DNA of 64,000 nt from a virus: the IMG/VR virus record IMGVR_UViG_3300005748_000026, positions 2,808 to 66,807 of that record, one strand, 5' to 3'. Positions 20,766 through 30,482 of the stretch are shown here, in pieces. The number at the start of each line of letters is the position of its first letter. Position 1 is the stretch's first letter. Made by a program: the position numbers and the translations under genes. The notes below the pieces were generated by a model that was given only the letters and a program-made list of their open reading frames with translations, was not told where the DNA came from and did no database searches.

Positions 20766-22826
20766 TTATAATTTGTATTTCTTAAATATAGGTTTCCTTA
20801 TAGTCTTAGTTTTCACTATAATAGGGTCTTTCTTTTTAGCTGCCATTAACGCTAAACCACTACTTACAGCGGAGTCAAATTCAGTCCACTTATACATATC
20901 GAAATTCATCCAATCCTCTAAAGTTTCGGAAAAATAATTTCGGCTATACACCACATCATCTACATCATAAATTCCCAACTTCTCTAAATTAAGAACTCCA
21001 ACATAATGATAAATGTAAGACGACAAGGTATCTACTAAATCTGTTCTAGCGTGTTCACCTGACATTGGAATACCATATTCTACTTTTCCTCTTTTTGTAG
21101 AGTACTTAGTTGAATCTGGTCTCTTCATTAAGAATCCCTCAAAACCATTCTCTCTAAAGTAGTTGATTATACCTATCTTATTATTCTCAATCAAAAGTTC
21201 TGAGCCATAGAATATAGCTATCTTCAAAACGTCTTCATAAAACATTGATGCTAACTCTGGTCTACCTAAGTAATGACACACAAAGCAGTTTGAGTTATAA
21301 GGGTCTAATCCATTGAACTTCCTGAATATATGGACTGAACCATCAGACCTTCTCTTGTCTGCTACATAGTTATGGTCAAATGGGTCAACTCCTCCTTTCA
21401 TTGTTGTGGAGTTCTCAGGATGCCATTTCCTGTTCTTGTAAAACATTTTATTTCTATCTTCATGGTGTGGCATCCACGATACACGACAAAACCCTTTAGG
21501 GTCATCAACAAACTCTACCGACTTGTATTTCTCTACCCAAATAAAATTACCTCTCCTTACATAATTATGAGAACCAATTTTTTCATTGTATTCTATCTGC
21601 TCTTGTATTTTGTGAACAGGAAAAGGACTTTCATCTGAATCCATCATAAAAGCCTCAGATGGGCTAAAAGGATATTTCCTCTTCTCTTTTATAAGTAAGT
21701 CGTTCTGTAAATTCCTTCTTTTATTAAGTAAGAATGTTTTAGCACCTATTACAACTTCTTTACCTTTCTCATTCTTAGTTGGTTTTTCAGGGTCTTCTAC
21801 TATCGAGTACCCATATTCATCTATGTATCCTTCAAATCCTAAATATGCAGGTTGAAAGTATCGAATAAGGCCAGATACAGTACGTCCGTTGTCGTCAACC
21901 ATGTCGGGGTTTGTAACGTCAGATTCCTTCCATAGCTTGTAACACGCCCCACCGCCACTTTCCATATCTTCAACAGTAGAAGTTAGCAATGCTTTACCGA
22001 CAATATCATCTCCTGTTTCAAGACAAGGTTTTACTACATACCATCTTTCTCTAATATCAGCGTCAGACTTCTTTCCTACCTCATCTCCATAATATCTATA
22101 CTGCTTAGTACCATCATAAGCCTCTTCATTTGATGGAGCATAATCTACATAAGAATCTAACACCTCTTTGTACTTACCCCTATTCTCTTTGGCTCTTGAT
22201 GAAGGCTCTTCAAATCTTAATGCTGACTTTGGGTTTGTTTCTCCTGAATCGGTTGGTCTCCAGAAGTATGGCATCTTTCTCCATCCAAAAACTAACTTCC
22301 CAAATATTTTCTTAGCATCAGTATTTGTCTTACTTTGAATACCGCAATGAGCGTTCTTTTTTCTTGTGATAGAGTCGTATAAGTAACTAATAGCCTTGTA
22401 CGTCTTACCCTGTCTACGTTGGGCAATAAACAACACCCCATGAATACTATCGCTTTTCTCAGCGTAATCTACTAAGTAGTAAAAATCCCTATCTGTTTCT
22501 CTCCATTTAGGTAGTCCAACATCTAGCTTCCAATAGTTACAATAGAAGTAGTGCGCTCCTGTCATGTACTCAATGTTCCCATTGTTGTAGAACCAATATC
22601 CATTCTTACGCCTATCCATCTCCCTAAAAATGAACTCCCTCTGCTCTTCTTGACTTCTGTTTTCTAAGTCGTTAGGAATTTCTACAGGAACAAATCTTTG
22701 TTTTTTAATAGGTAAATCATGCCCATCAATATCTTTTACAGGAGGTGGTTTTGGCAACACAATCTCATGGTCGCCTATCTTTCGCTCTCGAATAAAGTTA
22801 TTTGGGGATAGTTTCTTTTTAGCCAT
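20766..22826 (-). CDS. terminase large subunit
   Basis: Walker A QRRQGKT, Walker B YYGDE, coupling motif TST, nuclease motifs GGVDPFD and LIENNK. Confidence 0.92.
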   Translation of the reverse strand: MAKKKLSPNNFIRERKIGDHEIVLPKPPPVKDIDGHDLPIKKQRFVPVEIPNDLENRSQEEQREFIFREMDRRKNGYWFYNNGNIEYMTGAHYFYCNYWKLDVGLPKWRETDRDFYYLVDYAEKSDSIHGVLFIAQRRQGKTYKAISYLYDSITRKKNAHCGIQSKTNTDAKKIFGKLVFGWRKMPYFWRPTDSGETNPKSALRFEEPSSRAKENRGKYKEVLDSYVDYAPSNEEAYDGTKQYRYYGDEVGKKSDADIRERWYVVKPCLETGDDIVGKALLTSTVEDMESGGGACYKLWKESDVTNPDMVDDNGRTVSGLIRYFQPAYLGFEGYIDEYGYSIVEDPEKPTKNEKGKEVVIGAKTFLLNKRRNLQNDLLIKEKRKYPFSPSEAFMMDSDESPFPVHKIQEQIEYNEKIGSHNYVRRGNFIWVEKYKSVEFVDDPKGFCRVSWMPHHEDRNKMFYKNRKWHPENSTTMKGGVDPFDHNYVADKRRSDGSVHIFRKFNGLDPYNSNCFVCHYLGRPELASMFYEDVLKIAIFYGSELLIENNKIGIINYFRENGFEGFLMKRPDSTKYSTKRGKVEYGIPMSGEHARTDLVDTLSSYIYHYVGVLNLEKLGIYDVDDVVYSRNYFSETLEDWMNFDMYKWTEFDSAVSSGLALMAAKKKDPIIVKTKTIRKPIFKKYKL

Positions 22827-23154
22827 GTGATAATATTACTGAGTCCGCTATATTACCATACTCTTTAGATATTTCATCTGCCTTCTGAGGAGTTATCTTC
22901 TCAGACAAATAGGCTATGGTTTCTGCAATAGATTTAGACTTTAAAACTATCTGTAGGTATCTATCAAACACTTTGTCGTCTTTGCTTTCTAGTGTGGCTG
23001 TATTTATGGTGAAGTTCTTGCAAAGTTCCTCCATATCAACAATCATCTTTATCTGTATTTTGTAAAGACGAGCTAACATGGACTGACTTCTAAAAGCCTC
23101 AAGCTCTTGCTTCAACTCTTCTATCTCAGACTCTAATTCTTTTACTTTACTCAT
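22819..23154 (-). CDS. small helical protein, possible terminase small subunit
   Basis: 111 aa; overlaps the terminase large-subunit start; function inferred from position only. Confidence 0.4.
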   Translation of the reverse strand: MSKVKELESEIEELKQELEAFRSQSMLARLYKIQIKMIVDMEELCKNFTINTATLESKDDKVFDRYLQIVLKSKSIAETIAYLSEKITPQKADEISKEYGNIADSVILSHG

Positions 23155-23193
23155 GCTTACTTATTTCTATATACAAATATACTTAAAAACAAC

Positions 23194-24582
23194 CTACTCA
23201 AAGAAAGTGTCATCTACATCAAAATCTACACTTCCACCAAATTCTGTAGATGGTGACAATGTTGACATAGGAATATCATCTTCATAAAACCTTGTGAGTT
23301 TACCATTCCACCTTAAATTAACCTCTCCTAATGTTCCTTGCCTAAACTTACAGAATATCCATACCGCAAAATTATCTGTTGGTGTCTTGTCTCCATCGGG
23401 TAATACATACTCAGTTATTCCATATTGCTCTGGTCTATGCAACATTATTATACAATCAGCCGCGTTCTCAATACCTCCAGACTCTCTCAAGTCACTCATT
23501 TGAGGCTTCTTATCCTCTCTTTGGTCTACACTTCTTCCTAATTGTGCTAATGCTATAGTTGCCACACCAAGCTCTTTGCTTACAGCCTTTATCTCAGCAG
23601 ATATTTGGTCAATGGCAGTAACTCTATTTGCTGTCTTACTCTTAACAAGTTGTAAATAGTCAATAATAAAACACTTAACTCCATGCTTTCTACTAAGAAG
23701 TCTCATCCTAGCCACTAAATCTTCTATGTATAAAGAAGCTGTGTCATCTATAAATAGTTTTCTGCTCCTTAAATCATCAAGCCTACTTCCATAAACATCC
23801 ATGTCCAAAACTTCTTTCCCTAAATCTCTGTAGGACTTATCAACCCTCTCAGAAACTAAACGAGCCATAACCTCCTCAGAACTCATTTCCATTGAGAATA
23901 CACCACAAGGCATTTTAGCAGACAAGCATCCGTTTATTATGTTTTTTATAGCAGAAGATTTACCAATAGAAGGTCTAGCTGCAATTACTGTAAGTGTTCC
24001 AAATCCAAAACCTCCTGTATGCCTATTAATTACAGGTAAATCAGTAGGAACTCCAGTTATTGTATTGTTTTTTAAAGCGTCTACTTTCCTCTTAGAGTCT
24101 TCCATAAATAAATCAAATACAGTAGCACCATCCTTTTCTACTGCGTTTGAATTATCTACACTTAATGTCAATATATCACCACCTAACTTAGCTGCCACAT
24201 CAGATGCTAAAATCCCTAAGTCATCAATTTTACTAACGCCATTTTTAATAAGTTTCTTTACTTTATCCCTAACACTATAGTCAACTAAAATAGCAGCATA
24301 TTCTTCTAATCTAGCAGGAGAATACATTTGGGATAACTCTGAAATATAAATCACATTTACAATGGAATCTAATTGATTATCTCTAACATACCTTGATATG
24401 TAAACTAAATCTGGCTCTGTTCCTTTTTGAAAACCATCCTTTATAGCCTTGTATATAATTCTATGTCTCCTATCCGAAAATAAATCCTCATTCAACTTAT
24501 GGGAAACCTCAAAGTACTTTTTAGGAAAAGCAAGTATCGTACCTAATAAATACTGCTCCTCCTTAATTCTAATGTCGCTCAT
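23194..24582 (-). CDS. dnaB: replicative DNA helicase DnaB
   Basis: AARPSIGKS, FSMEMS, IIDYLQLV, LAQLGR and DLRESGGIENAAD motifs, plus a DnaB-type N-terminal domain. Confidence 0.93.
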   Translation of the reverse strand: MSDIRIKEEQYLLGTILAFPKKYFEVSHKLNEDLFSDRRHRIIYKAIKDGFQKGTEPDLVYISRYVRDNQLDSIVNVIYISELSQMYSPARLEEYAAILVDYSVRDKVKKLIKNGVSKIDDLGILASDVAAKLGGDILTLSVDNSNAVEKDGATVFDLFMEDSKRKVDALKNNTITGVPTDLPVINRHTGGFGFGTLTVIAARPSIGKSSAIKNIINGCLSAKMPCGVFSMEMSSEEVMARLVSERVDKSYRDLGKEVLDMDVYGSRLDDLRSRKLFIDDTASLYIEDLVARMRLLSRKHGVKCFIIDYLQLVKSKTANRVTAIDQISAEIKAVSKELGVATIALAQLGRSVDQREDKKPQMSDLRESGGIENAADCIIMLHRPEQYGITEYVLPDGDKTPTDNFAVWIFCKFRQGTLGEVNLRWNGKLTRFYEDDIPMSTLSPSTEFGGSVDFDVDDTFFE

Positions 24583-24675
24583 GTTTTATCTAGTTTTTGG
24601 CAAATATGAAAAAAAATTCTCAATACACTTTGTATTTCAGTTAAAATTATTACTTTTGGCTAAAACAAATACGAA

Positions 24676-24975
24676 ATGAATATAGGAAAAGTTATTAAAG
24701 AACAGCGAAAGAAGTTGAAACTTACTCAGATGGAGTTTTCTAAGATGGTTGGATTGTCTCAAACTTATGTTTCTCAGGTGGAGCATGGTCATAAGACAAT
24801 TAGTTTACCAACTTTAGAGGCAGTATGCCACACCTTAAAGATGCCCATGCCTGTTTTAATCTGGATGTCTTTAGAGAAGAAAGATGTTAGTAAAGATAAG
24901 CGAGAGGCTTTTGATTTATTAAAACCACAGATAGACGATTTAATTTCAAATCTTTATTACTTGAAAAATGACTGA
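24676..24975 (+). CDS. XRE-family HTH transcriptional regulator
   Basis: IKEQRKKLKLTQMEFSKMVGLSQTYVSQVEHG. Confidence 0.88.
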   Translation: MNIGKVIKEQRKKLKLTQMEFSKMVGLSQTYVSQVEHGHKTISLPTLEAVCHTLKMPMPVLIWMSLEKKDVSKDKREAFDLLKPQIDDLISNLYYLKND

Positions 24976-25126
24976 GGGTTATAGACAAGAGCAGCTAGAT
25001 GATTACTTTGCTTCGCAAGACACCACAACAGAAATTTGCGAAAAATGTGGAGAAGTCACATCTTTTAACGTAGAAGACGAGAATCCTATATGTAACCATT
25101 GCTTCGAGAGTTTGTGCGAAGAATAA
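24968..25126 (+). CDS. small zinc-ribbon protein (52 aa)
   Basis: translated by hand: MTEGYRQ...CEKC...CNHC...; overlaps the HTH gene stop. Confidence 0.55.
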   Translation: MTEGYRQEQLDDYFASQDTTTEICEKCGEVTSFNVEDENPICNHCFESLCEE

Positions 25127-25357
25127 CTATTTATATGTTTTTGCGTATGAAATATCATTCATTACTCAAATTATATGCGATAACGTATGAAATGTCATTC
25201 ATAACGGTTTGTATAAGATTTGAAGCGGATTAAACGCACGAACCAAACGATTAAAAACAGAATTAAATAAATAATATTAACCAATGAAAAAGCAATTACA
25301 CCGCTTTTAATTTTATATGGTGTTACCATTAGTTTTTTCGATAAATCACAAACAAAA

Positions 25358-25639
25358 ATGAATATACCTTTAATAATCAAAGAAATTAAAAAACTGTTAC
25401 CTAAAGATACTCGCGAGTATTCGGATTATAAAAAATGGAAAGCATATTGCACTTTCTATGGAAGTGATGAAGATGGTTATTTTGACTTATATTTTAGGGA
25501 AACTTTGTGCGGTAGGCAAACCATTGAAATAGCGAGACAAACCGATAACCCAATGAAGTACGTAGAAATGATTAAAGAAATAGACCAAAAAGCGGTTATT
25601 CTTTATTATAAAACTACACAAATAGAAGTTACTGCCTAA
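25358..25639 (+). CDS. cassette A1 hypothetical protein
   Basis: 93-aa ORF filling the cassette body. Confidence 0.7.
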   Translation: MNIPLIIKEIKKLLPKDTREYSDYKKWKAYCTFYGSDEDGYFDLYFRETLCGRQTIEIARQTDNPMKYVEMIKEIDQKAVILYYKTTQIEVTA

Positions 25640-25728
25640 TTAATGGTAACGTAGCGGCTATGAATTGCGAAGCGAAGCGGAGTTGTTTATAGCTAATGTT
25701 AGTAATAATTATTTTAAAAAAAAATGTA

Positions 25729-26610
25729 ATGGATAAGAAAATAATTGGATGGTGGTCTGGTGGAATAACATCAGCCGTAGCTTGTAAAATATCTATAGAA
25801 TTGTATGGTAAAGATAATGTTAAGGTTATTTTTATTGATACAAGAAACGAAGACGATGATACTTACAGGTTTATGAAGGATTGTTCTGAATGGTACGGTT
25901 TACATATAGAAACAATAAGTAGTGATAAACACGATAGCATTCAAGATGTATGGTTGAAATACAAGGCTTTGAATAATGCGAATGGTGCTGTTTGTAGTTC
26001 TGAAATGAAAAGAAGGGTTAGAGAAACTTGGGAAAAAAATAACGAATGGGAGCATCAAGTTTTTGGCTTTGAGTTAGATGAATACAAGAGAGCTAAAGGG
26101 ATGGTATTAAATCATCCTCACACGAAACCTATATTTCCGTTGATGATGTTTGGGATGAATAAAAAACAGTGTATTGATATAGTTTCAGAAGCAGGAATAA
26201 CACCTCCAAGAATGTATCAATTAGGTTTTTTAAATAATAACTGTTTTAAAACAGGATGCGTTCAAGGGGGAATAGGTTACTGGCAAAAGATGGGTAGAGA
26301 TTTTCCAGATAAGTTTGATAAAATGGCTGAAATGGAGCATAAGCTGACTGATGAAAAAGGAAGCCCTGTTACAATGTTAAAAGACCAAAGTAAAGAAGCG
26401 AAAGATGCTGTAAGTGAGAGTGGCAATAAATGGTCTCAATTTGTTTTCTTGAAACCGCATCCAGATTACCCTAATATTAAAGATATATCTATGATGAAAG
26501 GGAGAGAACCTAAACCTTTATTTGAGTGTAATGGTTTATGCGGAATAAATGACCTTGAAAAAAGAAGTGATACTGAGAGTGAGATAAATATGCAGCGTAC
26601 GCTATTTTAA
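25729..26610 (+). CDS. cassette A2 PAPS-reductase-family (PP-loop) protein
   Basis: WWSGGITSA PP-loop; CS.EMK and NNCFKTGCV Cys motifs; ATG at 25729. Confidence 0.75.
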   Translation: MDKKIIGWWSGGITSAVACKISIELYGKDNVKVIFIDTRNEDDDTYRFMKDCSEWYGLHIETISSDKHDSIQDVWLKYKALNNANGAVCSSEMKRRVRETWEKNNEWEHQVFGFELDEYKRAKGMVLNHPHTKPIFPLMMFGMNKKQCIDIVSEAGITPPRMYQLGFLNNNCFKTGCVQGGIGYWQKMGRDFPDKFDKMAEMEHKLTDEKGSPVTMLKDQSKEAKDAVSESGNKWSQFVFLKPHPDYPNIKDISMMKGREPKPLFECNGLCGINDLEKRSDTESEINMQRTLF

Positions 26611-26757
26611 TTATTACTAACGGCTAAGTATATGAAGCGGTGGCGATTAATAGCTAATAGATTGCCGACACGCTTAAACTAAATTAAATAGCTAAAAGTG
26701 GTTAAATAGACGTACAACGCCACTGATTTATATACAATGTTGTGCGCAGTTATTATT

Positions 26758-27123
26758 ATGAATATTTCACTTACGTTATGTGATAAAAAATTAAATGGTG
26801 ACATACCTAATTATCAATTTAAAAATGTTTTAAAAGGCGAAAACTTAAACGAAGCGCAAGAACTTTTTTATCACTGGTTAGAAGGCAAAGACTTAGAAAA
26901 AAGCGTCTTAGTTTGCTTTGAAAATATTAGAGAATTACCAAACGAACAATTAAGGAATGAGCAAAAATCAATTTTAGTTAGCCATAACTGGGATGATATT
27001 ACAGATTTTTGTGAAAAGCATTTAGATGGAAATGCAGATTATGATATTGATTTTGCGGTGTTTGAGTTTAGCGATTATCAAGACGCTTTTAGTTATTGCA
27101 AAGACCTTAGGGAAAGTTTCTAA
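26758..27123 (+). CDS. cassette A3 hypothetical protein
   Basis: ORF filling the cassette body. Confidence 0.7.
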   Translation: MNISLTLCDKKLNGDIPNYQFKNVLKGENLNEAQELFYHWLEGKDLEKSVLVCFENIRELPNEQLRNEQKSILVSHNWDDITDFCEKHLDGNADYDIDFAVFEFSDYQDAFSYCKDLRESF

Positions 27124-27233
27124 TTGCGCACAACGGCTAGGCTATGCGTATGTGCCGTTAAACCATGCGCTTAAATTTATAACAAGACCTTACAAGTCAT
27201 TACGTATAGCCATTGTTAGGCACTTTTAAAATT

Positions 27234-27404
27234 ATGGAAATATATAAAATAGACTTTGAAAGTAATTACAACGATGGAGGCGATAAAGAATGCTTTTTTA
27301 TAGTAAAAGACTTTAAGGAATTAATGGACGATTTAATTGAAAATACAGATTTAGATAATGTAACAATCAAAAGCATTATTTTTTTAGGCAGGAAATATAA
27401 TTAA
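27234..27404 (+). CDS. cassette A4 small hypothetical protein
   Basis: 56-aa ORF in the cassette body. Confidence 0.6.
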   Translation: MEIYKIDFESNYNDGGDKECFFIVKDFKELMDDLIENTDLDNVTIKSIIFLGRKYN

Positions 27405-27559
27405 CAATTTTAATTGTGCCTAACGTTTCGATGGTATGAAATGTAGGCGATATAGAGTAATACCCTTTCAAATTACACAGGCGTTAATTGGTGCTAAAAG
27501 GCTGACATCACCACTAAACCGCCTATATTTTATACCATGTGTTAGCCACCGTTTTTATT

Positions 27560-27751
27560 ATGATGACAATAAACTTGAACATAAAAGCAAATGTAAATAA
27601 CCTATCTCTTTCGCAGATTTACGAACTGTTGCAAAAATACAGCCTTGAAAAAGTGAAAGACCAAAAAGTTTATGAGTTTAACGGCTATAAATTCCAAATT
27701 GAAACAGAAATAAATATGGCTATAAATTATGTGATTACCGAGCTTCCTTAA
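27560..27751 (+). CDS. cassette A5 small hypothetical protein
   Basis: 63-aa ORF in the cassette body. Confidence 0.6.
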   Translation: MMTINLNIKANVNNLSLSQIYELLQKYSLEKVKDQKVYEFNGYKFQIETEINMAINYVITELP

Positions 27752-27800
27752 ATGGTGGCTAACAACTGGCTATATGCACTTTTACCTATACGATAAACGA

Positions 27801-28016
27801 ATGAAAACACTACAAAAGAAATATAGAATTAAGTGGATTATTGAAGGGTATTCAATATCTGAATGTAACAAGATTTTCAACTCTAAAAATGGAAGGGAAT
27901 TAAAACAGTCTATGGTCAATTATTCAATAGGTTATTACCTTAATGGGAAATTCAGAACATTATCTTGGATTAAAAAGAATTGTAAAAAAGTAGAAAGAAT
28001 TAAATTACCATTTTAA
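27801..28016 (+). CDS. small protein, NUMOD4-like
   Basis: IEGYSISECNKIFNSKNGRELK resembles NUMOD4-type N-termini. Confidence 0.45.
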   Translation: MKTLQKKYRIKWIIEGYSISECNKIFNSKNGRELKQSMVNYSIGYYLNGKFRTLSWIKKNCKKVERIKLPF

Positions 28017-28018
28017 CC

Positions 28019-28159
28019 ATGAGCGAACAAGAAAGAAATGAGAACTTAATCCTAATTATTAGGAAGCAACTAAAAACAGATACTAATACCGCTAAGAAGT
28101 ACCTTCACGTATTTAAAGGGTTTTCTGATAAGTGGATAAAACAACAACTATGGAACTAA
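28019..28159 (+). CDS. small hypothetical protein (46 aa)
   Basis: translated by hand, MSEQERNENL...; tightly packed with neighbours. Confidence 0.45.
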   Translation: MSEQERNENLILIIRKQLKTDTNTAKKYLHVFKGFSDKWIKQQLWN

Positions 28160-28437
28160 AGACAGCAATAGATAGATTTCAAAATGAGTGCGCTAAAGTA
28201 ATCACAGAAGTAAAAAATTACGAGTTTAAAAATCTTGATTCGGATGAACACATATTCAACTTCAAGAACGGAGAGTGTGAGGACTATACGATTCAATTAA
28301 AGGATACCATGATTTATAGCCATTCATGCCCTACTGGAACAACAACATTCAATACAGTGAATGATATGATAGCTTTCGCTAATGGTGACTTTAGCAGAGG
28401 TAAGAGAAAGTCTAATCCTAAACATTGGTCTTATTAA
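28150..28437 (+). CDS. hypothetical protein
   Basis: ORF track; ATG at 28150. Confidence 0.6.
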   Translation: MELKTAIDRFQNECAKVITEVKNYEFKNLDSDEHIFNFKNGECEDYTIQLKDTMIYSHSCPTGTTTFNTVNDMIAFANGDFSRGKRKSNPKHWSY

Positions 28438-28450
28438 ATTAACGAAAGAT

Positions 28451-28687
28451 ATGAAGAGATTAAAAATTGAATGGATAAAATGTGAAGACCAACTCCCTAA
28501 GTACGGAGAAAAGGTTTTGATAGGTAGTAAATCATCTGTTTTTGGAAGAGGAGGTGTATTTATTGGTAAATTACTAAGAGTAGAAACAAATAAATTAGGA
28601 ACATCATTCGTTTGGGAATATGAAAACCCTACATACAACGCTAGGTTGAAGTATTGGAGTCCTCTTCCTTATTGCCCAGAAGATTAA
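28451..28687 (+). CDS. DUF551-like phage protein
   Basis: EWIKCEDQLP....VL ... YWSPLP pattern. Confidence 0.65.
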   Translation: MKRLKIEWIKCEDQLPKYGEKVLIGSKSSVFGRGGVFIGKLLRVETNKLGTSFVWEYENPTYNARLKYWSPLPYCPED

Positions 28688-28705
28688 CAGTAAACACACC
28701 ACACC

Positions 28706-28879
28706 ATGAGCGAAACAGAAGAAACACTAAGTAAAATAAGAAAACTAGAAGCATTTGAGCTATTTGTTATAAACCAAATTACACATAGCGAAGTAATTCT
28801 GGAAAAAGGGATTAAAGGAAGAGATGTCATCAAATCAATATTTGAGTATATAGATTGGGCGGATAAACATGACTGGTAA
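28706..28879 (+). CDS. small hypothetical protein (57 aa)
   Basis: translated by hand, MSETEETLSK...; precedes a terminator. Confidence 0.5.
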   Translation: MSETEETLSKIRKLEAFELFVINQITHSEVILEKGIKGRDVIKSIFEYIDWADKHDW

Positions 28880-28969
28880 CACACCAAAACCCCTTCTCAG
28901 ATACATACAACAGATATGTCAAGTAGATGACACAAAAAACTTGACAAGTAATACACCACACACTAAATC

Positions 28970-28997
28970 AGCACATCATCTCAGGTGTGCTTTTTTT
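28970..28997 (+). terminator. intrinsic terminator
   Basis: AGCACATC-ATCTCA-GGTGTGCT plus a T-run. Confidence 0.75.
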
Positions 28998-29820
28998 ATG
29001 CCCAATTTTAACCCCATAAACCCGTCTCCAACCCGTGTAACATCCTGACCAATCCCAATAATACCGCCAATCCTAAAATTACAAAACAACCAATTCCAAC
29101 CACAAATCATCCGCAAAACCAACACACCACATACTAAACAATCACAATACAACCTAAATAACCCACTTTACCAAATTATATTCCGACTAAACCACAGAAA
29201 ACAAACAACTTCTTTGTATCCACTCGGTAACACACAAAATTATATTCTTATAAATGCCTGTTTTACATCAATATTTATAGCATATTCTAATAAACGCCTT
29301 AAATATCTCTTAACTCAATTCATATAGTCCAATCTACCTTCAAAAATATAAAAGCCTTTAAAAAGCCCTTCAAAATCAGTTGTAGAGGGTAGTCAATATG
29401 TTTTGGGGAGGGATAGAAAAAATTGGAGGGTGGAGAGAAAAAATGGTAGGGGAGTAGAGAGATGGGGTTATAGTACATTACACGGGGGTGGGGTGGCGAA
29501 AAGAAAACGGCTTTATTTCATGGGGGTGGGGTGCGTTTCCGCGTCTCCCATTCCCTCGCGTGGGATTCATTGCCGCCCGTGTCCGCGTGTGAGCTTGGTT
29601 GGCTTGCTTCCCTTGATATTACTTAGCTGCATACTCTCGCGGTGTGGCGTGTTCCCTTCCTTCCATCCTGTTCAGTATATTCTATTTCATTCGCTGCCAT
29701 TCGCCGCATTTTATGTGGTTATGTATGCCAGTATATTGTATTGCTAGGCTTTTACAGGATTCTGTTTAGCTGCGAACCCTTGTAATATATTAACACTCAA
29801 TTAGTTAGGGCATTTTCTAT

Positions 29821-29848
29821 TTGTCAAATAATTATTATTATGTTAAGT
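29821..29848 (+). other. dif-like XerC/XerD site
   Basis: TTGTCAAATAA-TTATTA-TTATGTTAAGT (11-6-11); the right arm matches the E. coli XerD arm TTATGTTAAAT at 10/11. Confidence 0.65.
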
Positions 29849-30400
29849 GACCTAAAAAAGTGACAGTATTTTATTCTGTTGGTGTGATGTTGTTAGATGT
29901 GTTGATATTGTTGGGGTTGAGTGGTGGTTTCTGGTGGGTTATTAGCTTGTTTTGTGGTGTTTTGTGTGTTGGTTGGGTTGTGGGGTTATTCTCCTTCTTA
30001 ATTCTATTCCCTTGACTGTTATTTTTGTTTGGTTTCTCCCTTGCTTTTTTAGTGGGGTGTTTTATTGTTTTGCTTTCCTTGTTTATTACTTTCTTATGTA
30101 CTGGTTTTATTTGTTGGTGTGGTGTCCTGCTAATTAATTTCACTTCCTTGCCTGTTGTTTTCGCTTGGTTTGTTTTGGTTGGGTTGGTTACTTGTTTTTT
30201 GTTCCGCTATGTTTGTTTATTGTCTTTTCTTTTTAGTTGTTTCTCTTTCTGATGTGGTGTGTTGGTTGTCATTCCTGTTTGGCTTCCTATTTGGTTGGTT
30301 GGTTGGTCGGTTGGCCGGTTGGCTTGTGTGCTTTTATCTTATTCCTGTTACTTCTTATTTACCTGTATTGTTCTTTGCTTACCTTTCTGTTGTGGCATCT

Positions 30401-30482
30401 TGCTAACTTTATTAGCACATTACTAAACATATTAGCAGCCTTTTTAACTAACTATTTTAGCATTTTGCTAACGTAATTAGTT
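30401..30482. promoter_or_regulatory. four tandem 17-bp palindromic operators/iterons (nnCTAA-N5-TTAGnn)
   Basis: copies start at 30401, 30421, 30446 and 30466. Confidence 0.7.

Larger units (their letters stand above)
25203..27763 (+). mobile_element. integron-like cassette array A (5 cassettes)
   Basis: Cassette-specific inverted repeats: GTTACCATTA 25322/TAATGGTAAC 25650; GTTAGTAATAATT 25698/AATTATTACTAAC 26621; GTTGTGCGCA 26739/TGCGCACAAC 27134; GTTAGGCAC 27215/GTGCCTAAC 27424; GTTAGCCACC 27541/GGTGGCTAAC 27763. AAC..GTT hairpins lie between them. Confidence 0.88.

Noticed and set aside
29403-30476. Several 60-114 aa ORFs in the ORF track
   Set aside because: They are low-complexity products of the G/T skew, overlap in several frames and have no translation signals.
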